In this document: piece after piece, positions 1 through 6,632 of the stretch
How the letters are laid out: each line of letters begins with the position of its first letter
How positions within the stretch are numbered: position 1 is the stretch's first letter
Assembly: GCA_049423385.1 (NCBI GenBank)
Contig: JBMSQQ010000075.1
Span: 1-16,540 of the forward strand
Reading direction: 5' to 3'
Source of the DNA: Silvanigrellaceae bacterium
GTDB lineage: Bacteria; Bdellovibrionota_B; Oligoflexia; Silvanigrellales; Silvanigrellaceae
Length of the DNA stretch: 16,540 bases
The notes under the pieces: model-generated
The model's input: only the letters and a program-made list of their open reading frames with translations
The model's database searches: none
What the model was told of the DNA's origin: nothing
Made by a program: the position numbers and the translations under genes

Positions 1-1
1 C

Positions 2-55
2 TCTGCGCGTCGGCGAGTGGTCGTCCGCATCCGCAAGGACAAGCCCCGAATTTGA
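2..55 (+). CDS. 3' end of a gene entering from the left edge (…SARRRVVVRIRKDKPRI*); possibly an OmpA/MotB-like C-terminus
   Basis: Frame 2 is open from the window edge to TGA at 53-55. 'RRVVVRI' resembles the terminal NRRVEI-type strand of OmpA-like domains, but only 17 codons are visible. Confidence 0.3.
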   Translation, partial: SARRRVVVRIRKDKPRI

Positions 56-145
56 CCACCACGGCTTATCGGGTTACCTATTTCCATCAGACTTTCCCAT
101 CATCCGGGTTCGACAATATCGAACTCCACAACGAGGTTTCTTGAA

Positions 146-862
146 ATGAACTTCAATCGGTTGTTGATTGCCTCTGCATTGATATCTCTCCCGGCTTTTG
201 CTGCGGGCAAGGGTTCTTCGACCAAGGGAGTCGCCGACAAGGCAAGCTACACCCTTGGTTTTCAAGTCGGCCAAAACCTTCACAGCTACGGCGCGCAAAT
301 CAACACCGATTCATTCGTCAAGGGATTCACCGATGCCCTCGCAGGCAAGCCTGGCACATTGACAAAAGATGAAATGCAAAAGGTGATGGCAGAATTTGAG
401 CAAAACCTTCGGACCAAAATGGAAGGCAAGAAACGCGAACAGGGCGATGCCAACACCAAGGAAGGCAAAGCGTTCCTCGAAGCGAATGCAAAAAAGCCTG
501 GCATTAAAGTTCTGCCCAGCGGATTACAGTACAAGGTCATCACCGAAGGCAACGGCACTTCGCCAAAGGCATCCGATGTTGTCAAAACCCATTACCGTGG
601 CACTCTCATCAACGGAAAGGAATTCGACAGCTCATACGCGCGCAAAGAGCCGGCCGAATTCCCGGTCAACGGAGTCATCAAAGGCTGGACGGAAGCACTT
701 CAGCTCATGAAGCCAGGTGCCAAGTGGCAACTCTTCATTCCATCTGAACTTGCCTATGGTGCACAAGGCGCAGGCGCTGATATCGGCCCCAATGCCACAC
801 TCATCTTTGAAGTTGAGCTTCTCTCGGTGAAGGGTGCGGACTCGGCGAAAAACACCCGCTGA
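146..862 (+). CDS. fkpA: FKBP-type peptidyl-prolyl cis-trans isomerase (FkpA/Mip/FklB family), Sec-exported
   Basis: Signal peptide (…LPAFA/A). FKBP_N region 'SYTLG…G…F…GF.DAL', then 'SGLQYKV', 'HYRGTLINGKEFDSSY', 'VIKGWTEALQLM', 'IPSELAYG' and 'LIFEVELL'. GAGG upstream of ATG. Confidence 0.96.
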   Translation: MNFNRLLIASALISLPAFAAGKGSSTKGVADKASYTLGFQVGQNLHSYGAQINTDSFVKGFTDALAGKPGTLTKDEMQKVMAEFEQNLRTKMEGKKREQGDANTKEGKAFLEANAKKPGIKVLPSGLQYKVITEGNGTSPKASDVVKTHYRGTLINGKEFDSSYARKEPAEFPVNGVIKGWTEALQLMKPGAKWQLFIPSELAYGAQGAGADIGPNATLIFEVELLSVKGADSAKNTR

Positions 863-873
863 TTCGGATGCAC

Positions 874-913
874 TGACCATTTTTTAGACATGTGTCCAGG
901 AAATGGTCATTTT
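874..913 (+). terminator. Probable stem-loop/intrinsic terminator after the FKBP gene
   Basis: TGACCATTT(874-882)…AAATGGTCA(901-909) inverted repeat with inner GACA/TGTC pairing, followed by TTTT. Confidence 0.5.
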
Positions 914-1043
914 CATGTTCGCAATCCCATCCTCCTGATTCGAAAATCACCCTCTTCCCGGCAAGTTACCATTAAAATCGCATGGCATGGAACTTGATTC
1001 AGGATCCGTTGGCGGCCCATGTCGCCAGCGGGGTGGCTTTCGC

Positions 1044-1742
1044 ATGTCGGCGAGACTTCAAATTTGGATCAGCAGAATTTGCGCAGCAGTGTTGTTGAGC
1101 TTCACACCCTCTTGCATCAACGAAGGCAGCGAAACGATTGGTGGCTCTGAACCATTTCCGGAGGCGAACCGGTTGGGCGGAAACGGGGGAAGGACAAAAC
1201 CTGTCGGCCCACGTGGAGCCGCTGCCACAGAAGTGGACGACCTGCCCGCTCAAGTCGCCCCCGAAACGGGAACATCCGGAACCATCAATCGACAACTGTT
1301 GTCGTGGTACAGCGTCAAATCAAACTATGACCTGGTGTACCGTGACGTTCTCGGCTTTTACCCCGAGGGCAGATACAACGGCTGCGTCGCATTCCTCTCC
1401 GCTGCCCTGCGCCGGATTGGTGTGTCTGTGCCGATCCAGGGATCAAGTGAATCCGTTTCACTGGTCACAAAGCCATTTTCCAATCATCTCGAAAAAAATT
1501 TGGGTTGGCTTCGAATTTCCAGTGCCAATTTGCTGCAACCGGGAGATGTTGTCTTCACCACCGACAACCCCTCTTACCCAGGCTATCCGGCTCACACGTA
1601 TGTTTTCCATTCTTGGACAAACAAAATACTGGGGCTCGCAATGGTGATCGACAATCAAGAGTTCACCCATGAACGAAACATTCACTCCAAAACTTCAGGC
1701 TACAACTTCACGCCTTTTTCATATGCACTTCGTTCCCGCTAG
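1044..1742 (+). CDS. Exported (possibly lipoprotein) papain-like Cys-His hydrolase, NlpC/P60-CHAP superfamily; putative peptidoglycan amidase/endopeptidase
   Basis: ATG 1044 is preferred over 987 because it gives a signal-like N-terminus ending 'LLSFTPSC'. A Gly/Pro-rich linker is followed by 'NGCVAFLSAALRRIG' (Cys), 'LQPGDVVF', 'PAHTYVF' (His) and 'IDNQ'. Confidence 0.7.
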   Translation: MSARLQIWISRICAAVLLSFTPSCINEGSETIGGSEPFPEANRLGGNGGRTKPVGPRGAAATEVDDLPAQVAPETGTSGTINRQLLSWYSVKSNYDLVYRDVLGFYPEGRYNGCVAFLSAALRRIGVSVPIQGSSESVSLVTKPFSNHLEKNLGWLRISSANLLQPGDVVFTTDNPSYPGYPAHTYVFHSWTNKILGLAMVIDNQEFTHERNIHSKTSGYNFTPFSYALRSR

Positions 1743-1810
1743 GTCCTGCCTTTCCGATCACGCCTGAACCTCGGCTTGCAATCACGGTATGATCAAAATA
1801 CCCTCGTGGC

Positions 1811-2737
1811 ATGAATAATTTCACGCTTGCAAAGATTCTTTCATCCGGAATTGGAAAGGCCGCTGTGCTCCTTGCAGCGCTTGGTTCTGTTTGTCTTTCA
1901 GGCTGCAATTCGCTTTTCTATCAGCCCGACAAGCTCGATTGGTCTTTACCGCAACAAATCACCCCCTCCTTTGAGGAATTCCGTCTGCCGGTTCCTGGAA
2001 CATCGGAACGAATTCATGCCTGGCGATTCCAGTCGCGGGTGCAGAAAAAAGGAACGGTTCTGCACTTTCACGGCAATGCGCAAAACATGTCGGCACACGT
2101 GTGGTTTGTTGCATGGCTCATCGACGCGGGATTCGACGTGGTGACGTTCGACTACCGTGGCTATGGCAGCAGTGATGGGATTGCCAGCCGTGAAAACACC
2201 ATTGTCGATGGCCAGACGGTTCTCAGGTGGCTCACCACCCAACCACAATCGGCACCCTTATTTGTACTGGGACAAAGCCTCGGCGGAGCTGTTGCCTTTG
2301 CCTCACTGGCAACCCTGGAACCCGAGGTTCCTGTGCGCGGTTTGATCATTGAATCGAGCTTTGCCTCGTATCGCAAGTTGGCTCGAAAAAAGCTTGGATC
2401 TTTCTTTTTGACCTGGCCATTGCAATGGCCACTGTCATTTCTTGTCACGGATGATTTCAGTCCGGCACAGCTCAAATTGAAAAATCCGCTGCCCATTTTT
2501 TTCGCACATGGGACCAGCGATTACGTTGTTCCATACAAAGAAGGAATCAAATTTGCCGAACAGGCCGTTCGACAAAAAAACCTTGTCAGTTTTTATTCCG
2601 ACGTGGCCAGAGGTCATACCTCCTGCTTCGCGCGCCTCGAGGAAACGCGCTGCAAAACGGCGCTCCTGCAATTCATGAACTCACTCGTCGCAACCACACC
2701 GCTCCGTTCGACTTCCGTGCCGGAGCAGAAAAAATGA
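1811..2737 (+). CDS. Alpha/beta-hydrolase lipoprotein (YfhR/ABHD13-like esterase/lipase)
   Basis: Lipobox 'LSGC'; 'LHFHGNA'; 'FDYRGYGSSDG'; nucleophile elbow GQSLG; 'HGTSDYVVP' (Asp); 'RGH' (His). Confidence 0.9.
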   Translation: MNNFTLAKILSSGIGKAAVLLAALGSVCLSGCNSLFYQPDKLDWSLPQQITPSFEEFRLPVPGTSERIHAWRFQSRVQKKGTVLHFHGNAQNMSAHVWFVAWLIDAGFDVVTFDYRGYGSSDGIASRENTIVDGQTVLRWLTTQPQSAPLFVLGQSLGGAVAFASLATLEPEVPVRGLIIESSFASYRKLARKKLGSFFLTWPLQWPLSFLVTDDFSPAQLKLKNPLPIFFAHGTSDYVVPYKEGIKFAEQAVRQKNLVSFYSDVARGHTSCFARLEETRCKTALLQFMNSLVATTPLRSTSVPEQKK

Positions 2738-3717
2738 AGGGCCTGGCCAAAAAATTCGACTGGATTCTTCATCCCATCACAGCATTCGTGACAGCCCAAA
2801 TCTGTTGGGCATTGTTGGTTTTCACGTGGATCTGGTGGTACTTCGACCGGGAAAAGGCGGTCTCGACAATCCTTGCGAAACTTCCGGTTCCACCCGAGCT
2901 TCAGGCCGGACAATGGATCATCCTGCTGCAGGGAGGAATCCTTCTTGCACTCATTCTTCTGGGCTTGCTGATGATCTTCATCTCCCAACGAAAGCAGGTC
3001 CGCCTCAATAGACTTCACGAATCGTTTCTCAGCAACATCACACACGAACTCAAGACACCCATTGCCTCGATTCGCCTTTCAACCGAAACATTGCTTCTGA
3101 GAAAGGTTTCGGAGGACGCACAGCGCAAGTTTCTCGAGCGAACACTTTCCGAAAGTTTGCGCCTGCAGAATCTCGTCGACAGCATCCTGGTCGCGGCCAG
3201 ACTCGAGTCCAAGAGTTACAGCCAGCCCAAGGAACTGATCGACCTTGTCGCACTGGTTGAACACGCAGTCGAAAGTTTCCGTGACCGGGTGGGCTCGGAA
3301 AGAAACATCACATTCGAAAAGAAGTACACCACTAAAAAGCATGAGTTCCTGCTCGAAGGTGATCCCATCCAGGTTCAAATGTTGTTCGACAACCTGCTTT
3401 CGAATGCCTTTAAATATACCAATCCCGGTGGCAACATTGACATCACGAGTCAATTGACTCCCAAGTATTTTTCAATTGACATCAAGGACGATGGTGTTGG
3501 CATTGAAAAGGAAGCGTTGTCGAAAATCTTTGACAAATTCTACCGCGCCGAGGGAACATCGCGCATACGTGTCCAGGGCTCCGGGCTTGGACTTTTCATT
3601 GCCCGCTCTGTTGCGGAAGCGCATGGCGGAACTCTTGGTGTGACCAGCGAAGGACCAGAAAAAGGGGCTCAGTTCCATGTCAGCTTTGAAGGGAAAACTA
3701 CTGCTCGTCGAGGATGA
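2734..3717 (+). CDS. Membrane sensor histidine kinase (HisKA + HATPase_c)
   Basis: Two TM segments; H-box 'ITHELKTPIASI'; N-box 'NLLSNAFKY'; G1 'DDGVGI'; F-box 'IFDKFYR'; G2 'GSGLGL'. ATGA overlap with the upstream hydrolase gene. Confidence 0.96.
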   Translation: MKGLAKKFDWILHPITAFVTAQICWALLVFTWIWWYFDREKAVSTILAKLPVPPELQAGQWIILLQGGILLALILLGLLMIFISQRKQVRLNRLHESFLSNITHELKTPIASIRLSTETLLLRKVSEDAQRKFLERTLSESLRLQNLVDSILVAARLESKSYSQPKELIDLVALVEHAVESFRDRVGSERNITFEKKYTTKKHEFLLEGDPIQVQMLFDNLLSNAFKYTNPGGNIDITSQLTPKYFSIDIKDDGVGIEKEALSKIFDKFYRAEGTSRIRVQGSGLGLFIARSVAEAHGGTLGVTSEGPEKGAQFHVSFEGKTTARRG

Positions 3718-4408
3718 ACCTGCGATCGGCGAGACACTTCAATTCAATCTGGAAAGCGAAGGCTTCGATGTCGACTGGAAGCGCGATGGCCTTTCGGCTT
3801 TCGACGCCCTTGTGAACGACGCCTCAGCATACGACGCGGTGATCCTCGATCTGATGCTCCCTCATCTCAACGGCTTCGAGATTCTCGCACGTATTCGCCC
3901 TCTCGCGGAAAGACTGCCAATCCTTGTCCTGAGCGCACGCAGTCTGGACACCGACAAAGTGAAGGCACTGGAATTGGGAGCCGATGACTATGTGACCAAG
4001 CCTTTTTCACTGAAGGAATTGCTGTTGCGTGCGCACGGGCTCGTCAAGCGGGGACAGTGGGCACGCGAAAGCCAGCGGGTCAAGGCCGAAACTTTCAAAC
4101 TGGGTGGCGGCGAATTTTCTCCAGCGACCCATACAGTGCTCACCAGCAGCGGTGACTCCATGAAAATCACTCCAACCGAGATGTTGCTTGCGCAAACGTT
4201 TGCAAACAATCCCGAACGGGTACTCTCGCGCAATGAACTCCTCGAGAAGGTTTGGCAATACACGAGTGGCACCGAAACAAGAACAGTTGATGTGTTTGTT
4301 GCCAAATTGCGGCGCTATATTGATACCCCAAACAACTCGGGATGGTCTTCAATCGAAACGGTGCGTGGATTGGGGTACATGTACAAATCCCAAAAGGACA
4401 AGGGATGA
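3677..4408 (+). CDS. OmpR/PhoB-family DNA-binding response regulator
   Basis: Receiver motifs 'LVEDE', 'LDLMLP', 'LSAR' and 'GADDYVTKPF'. Winged-helix motifs 'SRNELLEKVW', 'TRTVDVFVAKLR' and 'IETVRGLGY'. Confidence 0.96.
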   Translation: MSALKGKLLLVEDEPAIGETLQFNLESEGFDVDWKRDGLSAFDALVNDASAYDAVILDLMLPHLNGFEILARIRPLAERLPILVLSARSLDTDKVKALELGADDYVTKPFSLKELLLRAHGLVKRGQWARESQRVKAETFKLGGGEFSPATHTVLTSSGDSMKITPTEMLLAQTFANNPERVLSRNELLEKVWQYTSGTETRTVDVFVAKLRRYIDTPNNSGWSSIETVRGLGYMYKSQKDKG

Positions 4409-5349
4409 AACGAGCATCATCACCCGCAAGCAAGATGTTGCTGGTTTCGGCAGGATCAATTTTCTACTGCACAGATGCTTTTGCCGCGCCGTTTCTTCTG
4501 ACAGCTGAATTGCAGACTCAGACCCTCGTTTCAAAAACAACTTCAGACTCGCATGTTTTCGAACATGGCACCGTCGGAAGCGTTTCAGGTATGCTCTTTG
4601 CACCGAATCTTCCCCTTCAAATCTTGAGTTTCTCTTTGAAACCCAGCTATTCAAAAGGACTTCTCGACAGCGAACACCTACAACGGGTTGTCTCAAAGGG
4701 GTTGTCTGCAAGTCTGTTTGGTCTCGGACTCCAAAGTGATGGCTTCGTTTCTACCCTTGGAGTCACGGCTTCCGGACTAAATCCCGAAAGCCCGAACATC
4801 ACACCTTTGGCGCTCACCATGTTGTCCTGGCAATATTCCCAGCCCTGGAGGTTCAATCTTCTCGGTGGATGGCGTCCCAACGAAAAACAATACGGACAAT
4901 TTTTTCTCACGGGTGGATTCAAATGGCGTGGGTCGGATGACCTGACAGTCGATTTTCTTTTTCCGTTGCTCTTGTCAGCCAAATGGTCTGAACCCGAATC
5001 GGCTTTGAAATATGAATTGTACCTTGCTGGAAAAGCGGAACCCGAAAGCGGATATCACAACGATGGTAACATTCCAGATGCAGGAACGCAGGTTGCACTG
5101 AAAAGGCAGGGCTTCGCACTGGGTGGCAAGCTGAAAGGAAAAGTCGAACACCTGGGTTGGCAACTCAATGGGGGTGTGTTCTTGAAAAGAAACCTCATTG
5201 TCAGTGAGGACTTCAAAGTGGTCCGTGAGAAATCACTGCCCAAGGGGCTCTTTGTTGAAATTGCAGTGAAGTACCCGGACGCAGATCCGAAAGACAACCG
5301 TTCCAACGAGCAGATTGAAGAGATCAACAAATTGTCCGGAGAGTTCTGA
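4405..5349 (+). CDS. Hypothetical exported protein, probable outer-membrane beta-barrel (DUF6268-like appearance)
   Basis: ATG 4405 overlaps the regulator stop (ATGA) and is preferred over 4342. Signal-like N-terminus (…TDAFA/A). Many amphipathic aromatic/Gly strands ('WRFNLLGGW', 'TGGFKW', 'LGWQLNGGV', 'GLFVEIAVKY'). Confidence 0.55.
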   Translation: MKRASSPASKMLLVSAGSIFYCTDAFAAPFLLTAELQTQTLVSKTTSDSHVFEHGTVGSVSGMLFAPNLPLQILSFSLKPSYSKGLLDSEHLQRVVSKGLSASLFGLGLQSDGFVSTLGVTASGLNPESPNITPLALTMLSWQYSQPWRFNLLGGWRPNEKQYGQFFLTGGFKWRGSDDLTVDFLFPLLLSAKWSEPESALKYELYLAGKAEPESGYHNDGNIPDAGTQVALKRQGFALGGKLKGKVEHLGWQLNGGVFLKRNLIVSEDFKVVREKSLPKGLFVEIAVKYPDADPKDNRSNEQIEEINKLSGEF

Positions 5350-5398
5350 ATCGTCCTGGTTGAACGACATTTCAACGCACGAAAAAAATCTTCCAAAC

Positions 5399-5440
5399 AA
5401 AAAAGCCGCCACGGCGACAGACCCGAAGCGGCTTTTTTTT
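5399..5440. terminator. Bidirectional rho-independent terminator between convergent genes
   Basis: AAAAAAGCCGC(5399-5409)…GCGGCTTTTTTTT(5428-5440); an A-tract and a T-tract flank a GC stem. Confidence 0.85.
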
Positions 5441-5454
5441 AATCAGTGAGTGAT

Positions 5455-6378
5455 TCAATTCTTGAAAGCGGCGCCTTCGACAGTTGCACCACCCGAGATT
5501 GTCGCATGCTCGGCCGGATTCGGCCGTACCACGTTTTTAAGGATCCCAACTGATTCAAGGATGCGAATCACGATCCAGGTCTGGTCGAATTGCCACCAGT
5601 GCCAGCCATGCCGCGCATAACGTGCATGTGCATGATGGTTGTTGTGCCAACCTTCACCAAAAGCCAGAAGACCAACCCACCAATTGTTCTTGGAATGATC
5701 GGAGATCTTGTTGGCATTGTCTCCCCAGGTGTGTGCTGCCGAGTTCACAAACCAGGTCACGTGGTAAACAAGAACCATGCGGATAAAGATTCCGTAGATG
5801 GTCATGCTCGCTGCCGTGAAGAAATCAAATGGCACGGTTGAATCGCCAAAAACAGTTCCGCCCAGCGCAAAAAGCACAAAGCCCAAAACAAACTGAAGAG
5901 GGATCATGTTGTTTTCAAGAAACAACAGGAACGGACGCTTGATCAAATCGGGAGCATAGTGTTTGTACTCATCGAAGCTGGCAATGTCGCTGCGCAGGTT
6001 CACCAACCAACCCGCATGCGAATACCAGAAGCCTCGGTTGATGTCGTGAGGATCACGAGGGGTATCCGAATACGCATGATGCACACGGTGTGTCGCCACC
6101 CAATTGATGGGGCCACCCTGACAAGCCAGTGTTCCACACAGCGCCGTGAAATTTTCGAGCCAACGCGGTGCCGTGTATCCGTGGTGGGTCAACAAGCGAT
6201 GAAAGCAGAAGGTGATTCCAAGCATTCCGGTGACGTAATACATCACGGCACAGGTGATCACCCCTTGCCAGGAAAAGAACGGCACAAGACCGGCAACAGC
6301 AAGAACGTGCACGCCGCTGATCCACAACACATTGCGCCAGGAAAACTCATTATGCTGCCACGATGGACGTAATTTCAT
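5455..6378 (-). CDS. Membrane-bound delta-9-type fatty acid (acyl-CoA/acyl-lipid) desaturase, DesC/OLE1-like
   Basis: His boxes HRLLTH, HRVHH and HNNHH, plus 'NSAAH', 'QGGPINWV', 'DPH…GFWYSH' and 'FGEGWHNNHH'. GGAG 7 nt before ATG. Confidence 0.95.
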   Translation of the reverse strand: MKLRPSWQHNEFSWRNVLWISGVHVLAVAGLVPFFSWQGVITCAVMYYVTGMLGITFCFHRLLTHHGYTAPRWLENFTALCGTLACQGGPINWVATHRVHHAYSDTPRDPHDINRGFWYSHAGWLVNLRSDIASFDEYKHYAPDLIKRPFLLFLENNMIPLQFVLGFVLFALGGTVFGDSTVPFDFFTAASMTIYGIFIRMVLVYHVTWFVNSAAHTWGDNANKISDHSKNNWWVGLLAFGEGWHNNHHAHARYARHGWHWWQFDQTWIVIRILESVGILKNVVRPNPAEHATISGGATVEGAAFKN

Positions 6379-6473
6379 GGGCCAACTCCATTGCCTTTAG
6401 TGACTTCAACGAATCATCAATTCATCTATCGTTCCCTTTATGGATCAGATCGGACGTGACTTCCGCGATACTT

Positions 6474-6490
6474 TGTAAAAGAACTGTAAA
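6474..6490. promoter_or_regulatory. Tandem direct repeat TGTAAA-N5-TGTAAA; candidate OmpR/PhoB-family binding site upstream of the desaturase
   Basis: TGTAAA at 6474-6479 and 6485-6490, an 11-bp period, about 100 bp upstream of the desaturase start. Confidence 0.45.
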
Positions 6491-6560
6491 CGTCCAATAT
6501 TTCAGCAAAACAAGCCTTCTTTGACTCTCAACTGGCAGAAAAATCTACAGATTTGAATGG

Positions 6561-6589
6561 AAAAAGGCCGACCCTTTGGGGATCGGCCT
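6561..6589 (-). terminator. Rho-independent terminator downstream of the 530-aa lipoprotein gene
   Basis: The minus strand reads AGGCCGATCC-ccaaa-GGGTCGGCCT-TTTT-like: a GC-rich stem followed by a U-tract. Confidence 0.85.
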
Positions 6590-6632
6590 GTTGTGAACAA
6601 GTTCAACTTGTTCATTCAAGATTCTCGCAGAA

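Noticed and set aside
987..1043. ORF-track N-terminal extension of the amidase gene (likewise 4342-4404, 12027-12035 and 13069-13116 for other genes)
   Set aside because: Downstream ATGs fit the signal peptides, SD spacing or stop/start overlaps better.
1044..2737. Amidase plus downstream lipoprotein as a toxin-immunity pair
   Set aside because: The downstream gene is a full catalytic alpha/beta hydrolase coupled to the kinase, and no secretion-system genes are in the window.
3677..3717. 41-nt kinase/regulator overlap as a possible frameshifted hybrid kinase
   Set aside because: Both proteins have complete domain sets, and such overlaps are common in two-component pairs.
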